Shown: positions 1-8,592 of the stretch, piece after piece
How positions within the stretch are numbered: position 1 is the first letter of the stretch
Layout of the letters: the number at the start of each line of letters is the position of its first letter
DNA from: an uncultured Chloroflexia bacterium
GTDB lineage: Bacteria; Chloroflexota; Anaerolineae; Anaerolineales; Anaerolineaceae
Assembly (NCBI GenBank): GCA_963704755.1
Contig: OY969938.1
Span: forward strand, 1,470,001 to 1,502,000
Reading direction: 5' to 3'
DNA length: 32,000 nucleotides
Made by a program: the position numbers and the translations under genes
Notes under the pieces: generated by a model
What the model was told of the DNA's origin: nothing
Seen by the model: the letters and a program-made list of their open reading frames with translations, nothing else
Database searches by the model: none

Positions 1-584
1 CCACGATCCACTGACGCTGGAAGAAGTCCACCGCCAGATCGACCAGGATTTTCCCGGCCTGCTGAACTCCTCCCGCGGAACTGGTCGACGCCTGCCTCGA
101 TTCATACGGCGAGATAGTCCCGGACCTGCCCGGCACCTGGCGCCTGCGCGCGCAAGACACCGTCATCGCCCGCAAACGCGACCTGCGCACGGTGCGCCTT
201 TTACTCGACCGCCTGGCCGGCACACTCGGTTTTACCTGCCTGGGCGAAGAGGTTTTACACTGGCAAATCGCCGGCCAGCAGCCGGCTTACCTGTTTTTCC
301 CGGTGGCCTCGGCCATCGTCAGCCGGCATGTCTTTCAACCCCAGCCGCTGCCGCGCTCCCGCTGCGTGCTGGTCATCCCTGGCGGTCGCGCCTCGCTGTT
401 GAGTTATAAACTGGACCACAACCCGCAGCTCAGCCGGGCGGTCAACCAGGGCTGGCGCATCCTCAAATTCCGCCATCTACGCCAGCTTGCCGAACGCACC
501 GTGATGGATTTGTCGCTGTGGGACGAGCTGCTGGATGCCGACCCGCCCAGTTGGGACAGCGCCACCCAGATGGCCATGTTGTAG
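1..584 (+). CDS. 3' part of a hypothetical protein running in from upstream; the frame changes near nt 62-75
   Basis: Frame 2 reads a plausible HDPLTLEEVHRQIDQDFPGLL up to about nt 64. Frame 3 then reads plausibly from nt 66 (TPPAELVDACLDSYGEIVPDLPGTWRLRAQD...) to TAG at 582-584. The GTG start at 192 in the ORF track is probably internal. I recognise no family. Confidence 0.5.
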
Positions 585-616
585 TAGCGCTTCGCAAATC
601 CAATGGACTATCGTAA

Positions 617-676
617 AAAGCGATCGGCCCGGTCCCTCCGTACCGTCGGCCGAGGCTGCTCTTCAACCCACGCCTG
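617..676. repeat. 60-bp direct repeat, copy 1 (AAAGCGATCGGCCCGG.CCCTCCGTACCGTCGGCCGAGGC..CTCTTCAACCCACGCCTG)
   Basis: It matches 798-857 at 57 of 60 positions. It lies in the non-coding gap between two convergent genes. Confidence 0.8.
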
Positions 677-797
677 TACGGCTCCAAACACCGCGCAAAC
701 CTGTTGGGTTCCGCTTGCGCCGTAAATGGCCAATGCTATTTAAAGGCCCGCTCAACCCAACCTACACACGACTCCAATAATCAAAAGGAAATTCGCC

Positions 798-857
798 AAA
801 GCGATCGGCCCGGCCCCTCCGTACCGTCGGCCGAGGCCACTCTTCAACCCACGCCTG
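798..857. repeat. 60-bp direct repeat, copy 2
   Basis: It matches 617-676 at 57 of 60 positions. A small hairpin, CCCGGCTTCGAAAGCCGGG, follows at 861-879. Confidence 0.8.
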
Positions 858-897
858 CGACCCGGCTTCGAAAGCCGGGCTACATTCTTAAAGACAG

Positions 898-934
898 AGA
901 GGAGTTTGTGGTGCTTCGCACCACAAACTCCTCT
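898..934 (-). terminator. 16-bp perfect hairpin just after the PBP stop codon
   Basis: AGAGGAGTTTGTGGTG-CTTCG-CACCACAAACTCCTCT lies 7 nt downstream of the PBP stop codon (941-943, minus strand). There is no clean U-tract, so the terminator function is inferred from position. Confidence 0.45.
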
Positions 935-940
935 TCGTGT

Positions 941-3900
941 TTAAGGTGTCCCCGACGGCGTCTGCGATGGCGCTGGGGGCGGCGTGTTGGTCTGGGTCGG
1001 CGGAGGTGAAGTCGGCGGGGGCGACGTGGGTGTATTGGAAGGCGTGGCGCTGGGCAAGGGCGTGTTGGTCGGCGTAAAGGTTTGGGTTGGCGTCGACGTG
1101 GGGGTCGGCGTGGGGGTCGGCACCTGAATATTGAGGTGGATCGTCCGGGTGGCGTAATGGTCCGAGTCACCCTTGAGGTACAGCCGCAAAGTCACCTCAC
1201 CCGACGGCAGCTTGCTGACGTCCCAATCGGTCAGGAACTGCGGCTGATCGGATTGCGGCCCGCCCTTGTAAATATCTTCCCATTCGGCCGGGTCGTGACC
1301 GGTCCCATAGGACAAAGTGTAACTGTCGTACGAACCGGGCACCTTGACCAGCGCATACACCTCCAGCGGAGATTGGGTGATGGTCTGGCCTTCGCTCAGC
1401 CCGGCGAACAACAGCATCGGCCGCGGATCGTCCGCGGTACACTCGCGCGAGGGTGTGAAGAAGATCGGTTGGCTGAACCCCATCTGCTTGGCCCAGTTCT
1501 GGCCATCCGAATCCTGCAGGATCCACTTGACCGCCGATGCATCGGTCACATTGAGGGCAAATTTATCCTCGGAAAAATCCGAACAGGCCGAGGAGGCCAG
1601 CAAGCCGGTCCAGGTATCGATGTTCACCTTCGTCCACAGGTCATCCTCTTTGGGCAGGGGCAACTGGTCGTAGGCAAAGACTTCGCTGCGCTGCTGCGGG
1701 CACCATTCGGAGGGTTCCGTCCCCGAAACTGTACAAATCACCCGGTCCACGATCCCCGCGGGCCGGGAAAACGGGGTGGGATTTCCCCCCGTGAGCTGCT
1801 GGATAGCCGTCTTCATGAAATTCGACCAGATTGGCGCCGCGCCGGATAACCCGGTGGTGTTGACCATAGGCGTGTAATCGGCGTTACCCACCCAAACCCC
1901 AACCGCCAGGTCGGGCGTATATCCCAGGGTCCAGTTATCGCGAAAGTCATTGGTCGTGCCGGTCTTGGCCGCTACCGGGAAGTCCAGGTTGAGGACCGAA
2001 TTGGTGCCGAACTCCATCGCCCGGGCCTGGTTATCCGAGAGGATCGAAGTCATCAGGTAGGCATGTTCGGGCCGGATAACCTGGTCGCCGGCCGGCGGAT
2101 CGTACTGATAGACCACGTTGCCCTGGTAATCGGTGATCTTGGTGATCGATACCGGCGGTACACGCCGGCCGCCGTTGGCGAAGATCGCGTAGGCCCCGGT
2201 CAACTCCAGCAAGGTCACGTCGCCGCCGCCCAGGGTCAGCGACAGGCCGTACTGGTCGCCGGTCAGGGTTGTGATGCCCATCTTTTTGGCAAAGTTGATA
2301 AACCCGTCCGGTTCCGGCGTGTTCGGGTCGTCATAGATTCCCACAAACTGGAGCGTCTTGACCGCGGGAATATTCAAGGAATTGGCCAAAGCCGTCCGAA
2401 CCGTAACCGGCCCGTGGAATTTGCCATCGTAGTTCACCGGCACATAGGGTGGATTGGTGTCGTTCGGGTCACCCGAAGGCGGGAACTCGGTCGGCACGTC
2501 CCAGATCAGCGTAGCCGGCGTCCAGCCCTTCTCGAAAGCCGCCGTATAGGTCAGCGGTTTGATCGAAGACCCCGGCTGGCGCGGACTGACCGCCATATTG
2601 ACCTGCCCGGAGATGGCATCGTTGTAGAAATCGGCCGATCCGACCATAGCCAGGATCTCGCCCGTGCTGGGCTTGATCGCCACCAGGGCGCCATCGTGGG
2701 CGTTATTGTCGGCCATCTGGTTGATCTGGTCGGTGACGATCTGTTGGGCCTGCTCCTGCAGGGACGGATCCAGGGTCGTGTAAACGGTGAAGCCCGAGCG
2801 GTAGATCGTGTTGGGGTCGTACATATTTTCGAGCTCGGCCCGGATGTAATCGATCCAATGCGGAAAACGATATGCATCCTGTGTGGGCGCGAAATCATAA
2901 TTTTCGATCTCTTTAACCGCGTCCACGGCTGCCTGCTGGTCCACGCAAACCGGGTGTGTGGAAGTGCTTACGTCGATGCAGTTACGATCCTGGCTGAGCT
3001 GGTACGACAGCACCACCACGGTGCGAAAGCGATTCAGGGTGGCATCCCGATTGGTCTCGATATCGTAAAAGGCCGGCGACTGGGGAATGCCCGTCAGGAA
3101 CGCAGCTTCTCCCAAGGTGAGCTTATCGGCGGTCGTTTGGAAATAAGTCTCTGCCGCTGCTTCGACCCCGTACGCCAGCCTGCCGTAATAATTCTCGTTC
3201 AAATACAGCTCCAGGATATCTTCTTTGCTGTATTTGCGGGTGATTTCAGCCGCCAAAACGATCTCGCGGGCTTTGCGCTCCACAGTCCGCTGGCTGCTCT
3301 CCTCGGGGCCTAATAACAGCGCCCGGGCAAGCTGTTGGGTAATGGTCGAGGCGCCCGAGACAACCTCGCCGGTGGTGTAGTTCTGCCACAGCGCGCGGGC
3401 GATAGCCAACGGATCGAAACCGGGGTGGGTGTAAAAATCCTTATCCTCGGTCGCGATCGTGGTCGCGATAATGTAAGGCGATATCTTGTCCAGGGTGACG
3501 AAGGTGCGTTTGCCGGCATTTGGGTCGATGATCTCGTAGATCAGGTTACCGTTGCGGTCCAGGATGCGGGTCGTCTCGAATTGTGAGGCCTTGGAGCGCA
3601 GGTCGTCCACGCTGGGCAGGCTGGAAGCGATCGAGAAATACTTGATCACCAGGAACGAACCCACTCCGATAACCGCAAAGACCACCACGAACAACAAGCC
3701 AATCAAAATGCGCAGGAAACAGCCCATCGTGCGCTTTTGACCGTTTTTCTTGGCTTTGGCAGGCGGCTTTATGCGCGTATCGACCTGGTGTTGTTGAGGC
3801 GGACGGGATACGGGTGCGCGGTTAACCGGCGTTGGGCGGGTGCTGCCGGCCGGGCGGGTTGGCCGCCCTACCCGCGAATATTGCTGCGAACGTCCCAATG

Positions 3901-4612
3901 CCGAGGGCGTGACCTGGGTGGCATCCAGGTCCACTTCCTCCACCCGGTGGGGGAGGATATTCGGGTCCTTGCCATAGGGCGGCGGGGTCGAGGTTTGCTC
4001 TTCCGGTTTGAGAACGCGGGTCTTGTTCGGGTCCGGGATAAATGGCGGGGTGTGTGCTCCGGACTCACCGGGCGCTGAAGGTTGGGTCTGGTCGGCGTTC
4101 AGAAAAGGCGGCTGCGTTTTTTCCATATCCTGGCCATACCACCCGCCGGTGGACTCCGGGCTGCCGGTGGGATGGCGGTTCGCCGGGCCGGTGCCGACCG
4201 GCTGGGTATCCCCCAGGTCGCGGTTGTACACCTCTTTGAACCAGCTATTGGTCACCTCAGGTTCGCCGGCCGGCTTTTGATCCGGGGCTTCAGGGTGGGC
4301 CGTTTCTGGCTGCGCCTGCGATGCGGAGGGCCCTTCAGACGGAGCGCCCTCCTGAGATTCGCCGGCAGCCTCCTGCGCCTGTTCCGTTGGGGCCGGGCCG
4401 GGCTGTCCGGCTTGCTCTTCCGCCCCGGCCGGTTTCTCCCCTTCCGCCGGCTTTTCACCGGCCGGTTTGAGCTTGTGCGAGCCGGTGCCGCCGGTCAGAA
4501 GCGAATCATCTCCTTCTTGCGAGGAGGCAGCCAGCCGGCGCAAGCGATCGCCCGGCTGTGTAGGTTGTGTATCTTCGGCAGGCTTTTTTTTGGCCTGATC
4601 GTTTTCATCCAT
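941..4612 (-). CDS. Class A penicillin-binding protein (GT51 transglycosylase plus transpeptidase) with a long disordered N-terminus and a PT-rich C-terminal tail
   Basis: 1223-aa ORF. GT51 motifs: ATEDKDFYTHPGFD and GASTITQQLAR. Transpeptidase motifs: SSIK (SxxK), SLN and KTGTT. One TM helix (LRILIGLLFVVVFAVIGVGSFLVI) follows about 300 low-complexity residues. The C-terminus is PTPTPTPTSTPTQTFTPTNTP... Confidence 0.95.
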   Translation of the reverse strand: MDENDQAKKKPAEDTQPTQPGDRLRRLAASSQEGDDSLLTGGTGSHKLKPAGEKPAEGEKPAGAEEQAGQPGPAPTEQAQEAAGESQEGAPSEGPSASQAQPETAHPEAPDQKPAGEPEVTNSWFKEVYNRDLGDTQPVGTGPANRHPTGSPESTGGWYGQDMEKTQPPFLNADQTQPSAPGESGAHTPPFIPDPNKTRVLKPEEQTSTPPPYGKDPNILPHRVEEVDLDATQVTPSALGRSQQYSRVGRPTRPAGSTRPTPVNRAPVSRPPQQHQVDTRIKPPAKAKKNGQKRTMGCFLRILIGLLFVVVFAVIGVGSFLVIKYFSIASSLPSVDDLRSKASQFETTRILDRNGNLIYEIIDPNAGKRTFVTLDKISPYIIATTIATEDKDFYTHPGFDPLAIARALWQNYTTGEVVSGASTITQQLARALLLGPEESSQRTVERKAREIVLAAEITRKYSKEDILELYLNENYYGRLAYGVEAAAETYFQTTADKLTLGEAAFLTGIPQSPAFYDIETNRDATLNRFRTVVVLSYQLSQDRNCIDVSTSTHPVCVDQQAAVDAVKEIENYDFAPTQDAYRFPHWIDYIRAELENMYDPNTIYRSGFTVYTTLDPSLQEQAQQIVTDQINQMADNNAHDGALVAIKPSTGEILAMVGSADFYNDAISGQVNMAVSPRQPGSSIKPLTYTAAFEKGWTPATLIWDVPTEFPPSGDPNDTNPPYVPVNYDGKFHGPVTVRTALANSLNIPAVKTLQFVGIYDDPNTPEPDGFINFAKKMGITTLTGDQYGLSLTLGGGDVTLLELTGAYAIFANGGRRVPPVSITKITDYQGNVVYQYDPPAGDQVIRPEHAYLMTSILSDNQARAMEFGTNSVLNLDFPVAAKTGTTNDFRDNWTLGYTPDLAVGVWVGNADYTPMVNTTGLSGAAPIWSNFMKTAIQQLTGGNPTPFSRPAGIVDRVICTVSGTEPSEWCPQQRSEVFAYDQLPLPKEDDLWTKVNIDTWTGLLASSACSDFSEDKFALNVTDASAVKWILQDSDGQNWAKQMGFSQPIFFTPSRECTADDPRPMLLFAGLSEGQTITQSPLEVYALVKVPGSYDSYTLSYGTGHDPAEWEDIYKGGPQSDQPQFLTDWDVSKLPSGEVTLRLYLKGDSDHYATRTIHLNIQVPTPTPTPTSTPTQTFTPTNTPLPSATPSNTPTSPPPTSPPPTQTNTPPPAPSQTPSGTP

Positions 4613-4799
4613 GTAAGTTTCCTGAATACTTGCGGGGAGATATCAAAAGATAGCGGGTAAATTCAAGCAATGGATTGCAAGGTCCATTCCAAAATCAAGC
4701 AAATTTCAAAATAAGGGATACCGAATTTGCAGTACCCGGCAGGTAAACCACCCGTTCACACAGAAATTTCGGGGGCCTTACCCTATCGGTTGAGCAATT

Positions 4800-4911
4800 G
4801 TAACTGCTAAGCCAGACCGGGAAGAACCCCTAATTTGAGCTGATTATAGGGGATACCCTCCCGCGATCACCTCAAATTAGGTAACCACTTACCAGGAGCC
4901 TGAGTAGTTCC
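4800..4911 (+). mobile_element. 112-bp MITE-like element, hairpin-less subfamily (GTAACTGCTAAGCC ... GCCTGAGTAGTTCC)
   Basis: The termini match those of the other GTAAC elements. The internal GGGAAGAACCCCTAATTTGAG module is shared with 7458-7510, 14257-14317 and 20421-20479. There is an internal 11-bp inverted repeat, CCTAATTTGAG/CTCAAATTAGG. The flanking 8-mers are GAGCAATT and GTACAATT (6/8). Confidence 0.6.
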
Positions 4912-5093
4912 GTACAATTCCATCATAATTACTTATGGTTAAAACGTTCCTAAGAAAAATTAGTTCCCCGTATGGGGGTATCCCAAATTCTAGCATAAAT
5001 TCAATTCGCTGGACCGGAAGGCGTTCAAAAGTGACTTTTTCAATCCACCCGATATCGGGCAGATTCTGGCACCGCTTCGGGTAGAATCAGGGC

Positions 5094-7481
5094 ATGCGAA
5101 CCTGGAACCTTGGCCGCGGCGACCCGCTTCAATTGACCCTGGCAGCCGATTCTCGCTTGAGTCGCCTGAGCTTCACCAATGACACCATCTGGAAACTTGA
5201 ACTGGCTGGGGGCGAACCGCCGGCGCTGGCCCTCTATACCACCTTTGGCATGCGCGCCCGCGCCATGCACCTGTTCCCGGCATTCATCACCCACAACCGC
5301 ACATTGACCAACCCGTCTGCTTTCAGCCGGCCGCCAGTGCTGACCCGCCTGTACCCCAATTTCCTGGAAATACACTTTTCACCCTACGATAACAGCGATG
5401 TCAGCGCTGAATATTGGGCTGCCGGCTCGGATGTCATTGCCGGGCGGATCACTTTCACGAATTCGAGTGTACTCCGCGAGAAATTTCGCTTCGAATGGTG
5501 CGGCTTGCTGAACGCAGGCGGCGGTGGAATGGGCCTGGGCATCCGTTCTATGGGGGCCCAAAACGTGCTGGCCGGTACCTGCGAAGACCTGGCCATCGTG
5601 TGCGTCATCAGCGGTGGGCCGGAGACCAGCAGTGGGTCTTTTGCCGGGCTTTCTTCGGAGGTCGACCTGGAACCGGGAGCAACCCGCCAGTTCAAATGGG
5701 CCTGCGCCTGGAAACCCGACCTGGAAGGTGCCTATGAGTTGGCCCAACATACGACGACCCGCTCGTGGGATGCGGAAATCGCCCGCATCGAGCTGACCAA
5801 CGAGAGCCAGGCGGTCGAAATCCAAACCGGCGACCCGGACTGGGATGCCGCGTTGATGCTCTCGCAGCGCCTGGCTGCCAATCTCTTCTACCCGGCCGGC
5901 GAGAAACTGCCTTTCCCTTCCTTCGTTCAAAACCGCCAGCCCACCCAGGGCTTCTCGTCTCGCGGCGACGGCAGCGATTACAACCACTTGTGGAACGGCC
6001 AGTCGCTGCTGGACGCCTGGTACCTGGCCGGTCTGGTTCTGCCTGGCCAGGCAGAACGTATAGCCGGTTTGATCGATAACTTCCTGGCCGTGCAGAAAGA
6101 AGACGGCTTCATCGATTGGAAACCCGGCCCATTAGGCCAGCGTTCCTACCGACTGGCGCAGCCGCTGCTGGCCGGCCTGGCCTGGCAGGTCTTTCGCCTG
6201 CAAGAGGACCCGGCCTGGATCAGGAAGGTTTATCCCGGGCTGATGGCATTTCTGCGCTGCTGGCTTTCCGCGGCCCACGACCGCGACCAGGACGATTACC
6301 CCGAATGGGGCCATCCTTACCAACCCGGCCTGGACCAGGCACCATTATTCAACCCGGATGCACAAACAGCCCAGGGAGTGGACCCAGCCTGCGTCGAAAG
6401 CCCGGCCCTGGCAGCGATGCTGTACAACGAGGCCGGTGCGCTCTATCAGATCGCCGAAGAAGTGAAAGACCCTGCTGGGATGGATTTCCTGGCGAAAACG
6501 CGAGTACGCCTTAAAGCCAACCTGGATAGCTGTTTTGCGGAAGAAAACAAAACCTACACCTACCGGGATGCCCTGACCCATGCCTGCCCCTCCGGAACCG
6601 CTCTGCTGGAAATCAACGAAGCCGGGACTTTTCCGCTCGCAGCTCATTTCGATCTCCCCCAGCGAGTGCTCTTGCGGTTGAACTCATCCGCGGACCAGAC
6701 CCTTTACAGTCATTTTATCCTGCGCGGGCAGACAATCGACGGACCGGCCAGTGAAGAAATTTCACCGCGCTCGGTCCACTGGCTGCACGGCAACGGCCGT
6801 TACACCAGTGCGCACCATTTTTTGCACGTCGACGAAATCGTTGCCAGTGGGCTTCTGCCCGGCGATCACTGCCGGCTGGATACCATCGACTTGACCGGCC
6901 AGGACCTATCCTTGCTGCTGCCCTTATGGGCCGGCGTCCCGGATCCGTTCCAGGCCAGCGGAATCATTTGCGATACTGTCATGCGCCGCTACCTGCAGCC
7001 TTACGGCCTGGCGGTTTGTCCCCCGCAGGACTCCCACCTGGCCAAGAACGAAAACGCCGTGGTACTGCCCTGGAATGCGCTCATTATCGAAGGCTTGCTA
7101 CGCTACGGATTCCGCGCGGAGGCGGCCCAGATTTTGCAGGCTGTAATGAGCGCGATCATTCTGGCGCTAAAAAAGGACCAGGCATTCTTCGCCACTTACG
7201 ATGCAATCAGCGGGCGGGGAGTTGGCGAAAAAGACTTGCTCAGCGGCGTCGCCCCGGTGAATTTATTCTTGAAAATACTGGGCATCCAGGAGTTCACCCG
7301 CGAGAAGCTCGTCATTGTCGGGCTCAATCCCTTCCCCTGGCCGGTTCGGGTGTGCTACCGCGGCAGTCAGATCGATTTTGGCAAAGGCAAGACCACCGTG
7401 CAAATGCGGGATGGCCGCGAGTTTGTCTTCCAGGATGGCCATTCACATGAGATTTTTATATCGCCTCAGCCAAATAGGTAA
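5094..7481 (+). CDS. Large hypothetical protein with a probable (alpha/alpha)6-barrel glycoside-hydrolase-like C-terminal region (GH63/MGH1-like guess)
   Basis: 795-aa ORF with coding-like composition. The segment DYNHLWNGQSLLDAWYLAGLVLP...FLAVQKEDGFIDWKPG...DQDDYPEW resembles GH63-type barrels. The family call rests on memory only. The last 7 codons and the stop lie inside a MITE copy. Confidence 0.8.
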   Translation: MRTWNLGRGDPLQLTLAADSRLSRLSFTNDTIWKLELAGGEPPALALYTTFGMRARAMHLFPAFITHNRTLTNPSAFSRPPVLTRLYPNFLEIHFSPYDNSDVSAEYWAAGSDVIAGRITFTNSSVLREKFRFEWCGLLNAGGGGMGLGIRSMGAQNVLAGTCEDLAIVCVISGGPETSSGSFAGLSSEVDLEPGATRQFKWACAWKPDLEGAYELAQHTTTRSWDAEIARIELTNESQAVEIQTGDPDWDAALMLSQRLAANLFYPAGEKLPFPSFVQNRQPTQGFSSRGDGSDYNHLWNGQSLLDAWYLAGLVLPGQAERIAGLIDNFLAVQKEDGFIDWKPGPLGQRSYRLAQPLLAGLAWQVFRLQEDPAWIRKVYPGLMAFLRCWLSAAHDRDQDDYPEWGHPYQPGLDQAPLFNPDAQTAQGVDPACVESPALAAMLYNEAGALYQIAEEVKDPAGMDFLAKTRVRLKANLDSCFAEENKTYTYRDALTHACPSGTALLEINEAGTFPLAAHFDLPQRVLLRLNSSADQTLYSHFILRGQTIDGPASEEISPRSVHWLHGNGRYTSAHHFLHVDEIVASGLLPGDHCRLDTIDLTGQDLSLLLPLWAGVPDPFQASGIICDTVMRRYLQPYGLAVCPPQDSHLAKNENAVVLPWNALIIEGLLRYGFRAEAAQILQAVMSAIILALKKDQAFFATYDAISGRGVGEKDLLSGVAPVNLFLKILGIQEFTREKLVIVGLNPFPWPVRVCYRGSQIDFGKGKTTVQMRDGREFVFQDGHSHEIFISPQPNR

Positions 7482-7510
7482 GAACCCGCAATTTGAGCCT
7501 GAGTAGATAC
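7458..7510 (+). mobile_element. 53-bp MITE-like element (short form) overlapping the 3' end of the preceding CDS
   Basis: ATATCGCCTCAGCCAAATAGGTAAGAACCCGCAATTTGAGCCTGAGTAGATAC aligns to the left end, GGGAAGAACCCC-AATTTGAG module and right end of 4800-4911. The flanking 8-mers are AGATTTTT and CAATTTTT (6/8). Confidence 0.55.
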
Positions 7511-7617
7511 CAATTTTTCTACTATAATGATGTATCCTTAATGTAGCAGCACACCCGGTGATCTAAACAAGCGGTTTTGACGCCTCAATGATTGCCCGGA
7601 GAAAGGGAGGCCAAGAA

Positions 7618-7962
7618 ATGAGCGAAGAATTGAGTACACCTGACCGATGTATGTGGGTCATTGTCCAGGCCCAGGATGCAGAAAACGCCGAGAACGCGTT
7701 GTGCGAATTAGGCGTTTCGGCCACGAAACTACAGAGCTTTGGCGCATTCCTGGGCAGGCGTAACGCCACCCTGTTGGTTGCCTTTCAAACCGGGCAGCGT
7801 GAAGCCGTCCTGGAAGTTTTGCAAAAAACATGCCGCCAGCGTATCGAATACATCGCCGTACCTTTGGAAAGTGCTCCCCTGCCTTTACCCACCCCTACCC
7901 CCATCACCATCGGTGGAGCGATCATCTTCACCATGGACGTCGAACATTTCGAGGAGTTATAA
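7618..7962 (+). CDS. DUF970/YaaQ-like PII-like protein (cyclic-di-AMP receptor family), long paralogue
   Basis: An AGGGAGG SD lies 7 nt upstream of the ATG at 7618, which I prefer to the ATG at 7588 in the ORF track. GAFLGRRNATLLV and the C-terminal GGAIIFTMDVEHFEEL match the YaaQ pattern (TGGFL..GNTT ... GGATVFVL.V..F). Confidence 0.75.
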   Translation: MSEELSTPDRCMWVIVQAQDAENAENALCELGVSATKLQSFGAFLGRRNATLLVAFQTGQREAVLEVLQKTCRQRIEYIAVPLESAPLPLPTPTPITIGGAIIFTMDVEHFEEL

Positions 7963-7965
7963 GCC

Positions 7966-8232
7966 ATGAAACTGATCATTGCCATCGTACGTGACACTGA
8001 CAGTGACCCCGTCTCTCAAGCGCTGACATCCCATAACCTCCGGGTCACCGGAATTGCCTCAACGGGCGGCTTTCTGCGCCGCGGGAACACAACCCTGCTG
8101 ATCGGGCTGGACGACGAGCGCGTGGACGAGGCCCTGGCGATCATCCGCCAAACCGTTTCGGCGCCCGCATCTCAGGACGAACAGCGCGGAGTGCTTTTCG
8201 TCCTCAACGTGGACCATTACGACCATTTCTAA
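7966..8232 (+). CDS. DUF970/YaaQ-like PII-like protein (cyclic-di-AMP receptor family), short paralogue
   Basis: MKLIIAIVRDTDSDPVSQALTSHNLRVTGIASTGGFLRRGNTTLLIGL closely resembles B. subtilis YaaQ as I remember it. The gene starts 4 nt after the upstream paralogue ends. Confidence 0.85.
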   Translation: MKLIIAIVRDTDSDPVSQALTSHNLRVTGIASTGGFLRRGNTTLLIGLDDERVDEALAIIRQTVSAPASQDEQRGVLFVLNVDHYDHF

Positions 8233-8298
8233 ACAGGGATATCAGGCCTGAAAAATTTCAATTCATCCAGGTTATTCTCGAAGAGGAACAAAAAAATG

Positions 8299-8410
8299 GT
8301 AACCGCTCAGGCAAGTGCGCAAGGTGAGGGTGTTTTTATTATTTTTTACGCGCTTCGCGCGTAAAAAATAATAAAAACACCCTAATCCTCTGCAGTAGCG
8401 GAGTAGTTAC
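8299..8410 (+). mobile_element. 112-bp MITE with a hairpin core (copy E1)
   Basis: GTAACCGCTCAGGCAAGTGCGCAAGGTG-[26-bp perfect stem AGGGTGTTTTTATTATTTTTTACGCG, loop CTTCG]-AATCCTCTGCAGTAGCGGAGTAGTTAC. It is near-identical to 11396-11507 and to the reverse complement of 20609-20720. Confidence 0.85.
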
Positions 8411-8466
8411 AAAAAAACGATGTAATTGCGGTACAACACACCGCAATTACATCGTTTTTTTGTTCC
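8411..8466. terminator. A7-hairpin-T7 palindrome (bidirectional-terminator architecture), disrupted by MITE E1
   Basis: AAAAAAACGATGTAATTGCGGT-ACAACAC-ACCGCAATTACATCGTTTTTTTGTTCC. The partner of the final TTTTTTTGTTCC is GGAACAAAAAAA at 8285-8296, on the far side of E1. Confidence 0.5.
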
Positions 8467-8592
8467 GCCAGTCAAGCAACCCATCAGTGGTTTCTAGACA
8501 AAAAGGGAAACCGAAACTCCCTTTTCCCGTATATCATTTCAAGGTAATTCGGTAGTCTTTCACTGCCATAATAATTCAAAGGAGTAACGATC

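Noticed and set aside
1-75. A frame change at the start of the window (frame 2 to frame 3 near the C-run at about 72-74), which could indicate a pseudogene or programmed frameshift.
   Set aside because: The gene is truncated by the window edge and I recognise no family, so the exact junction cannot be fixed. Combined with the homopolymer break in rlmD, a sequencing indel is the simplest explanation.
535-1009. ORFs 535-780 and 704-1009 translate both 60-bp repeats in the same frame as SDRPGPSVPSAEA(A/T)LQPTP, which hints at a repeat protein.
   Set aside because: The ORFs overlap the neighbouring genes, lack an SD, and have Arg/Pro-rich composition typical of off-frame high-GC sequence. Three substitutions are too few to infer coding constraint.
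2063-3313. A 416-aa ORF on the + strand inside the PBP gene, along with the other antisense ORFs between 1082 and 4660.
   Set aside because: These are shadow ORFs opposite a gene with unambiguous GT51 and transpeptidase motifs. Their composition is Arg/Gly/Val-rich and they contain no motifs.
8350-8360. The hairpin apex might be the RNA C(UUCG)G super-stable tetraloop.
   Set aside because: The loop context is GCG-CTTCG-CGC. The base after UUCG is C, not G, so the canonical cUUCGg tetraloop is not formed. The complementary-strand GCGAAGC DNA mini-hairpin fits exactly instead.
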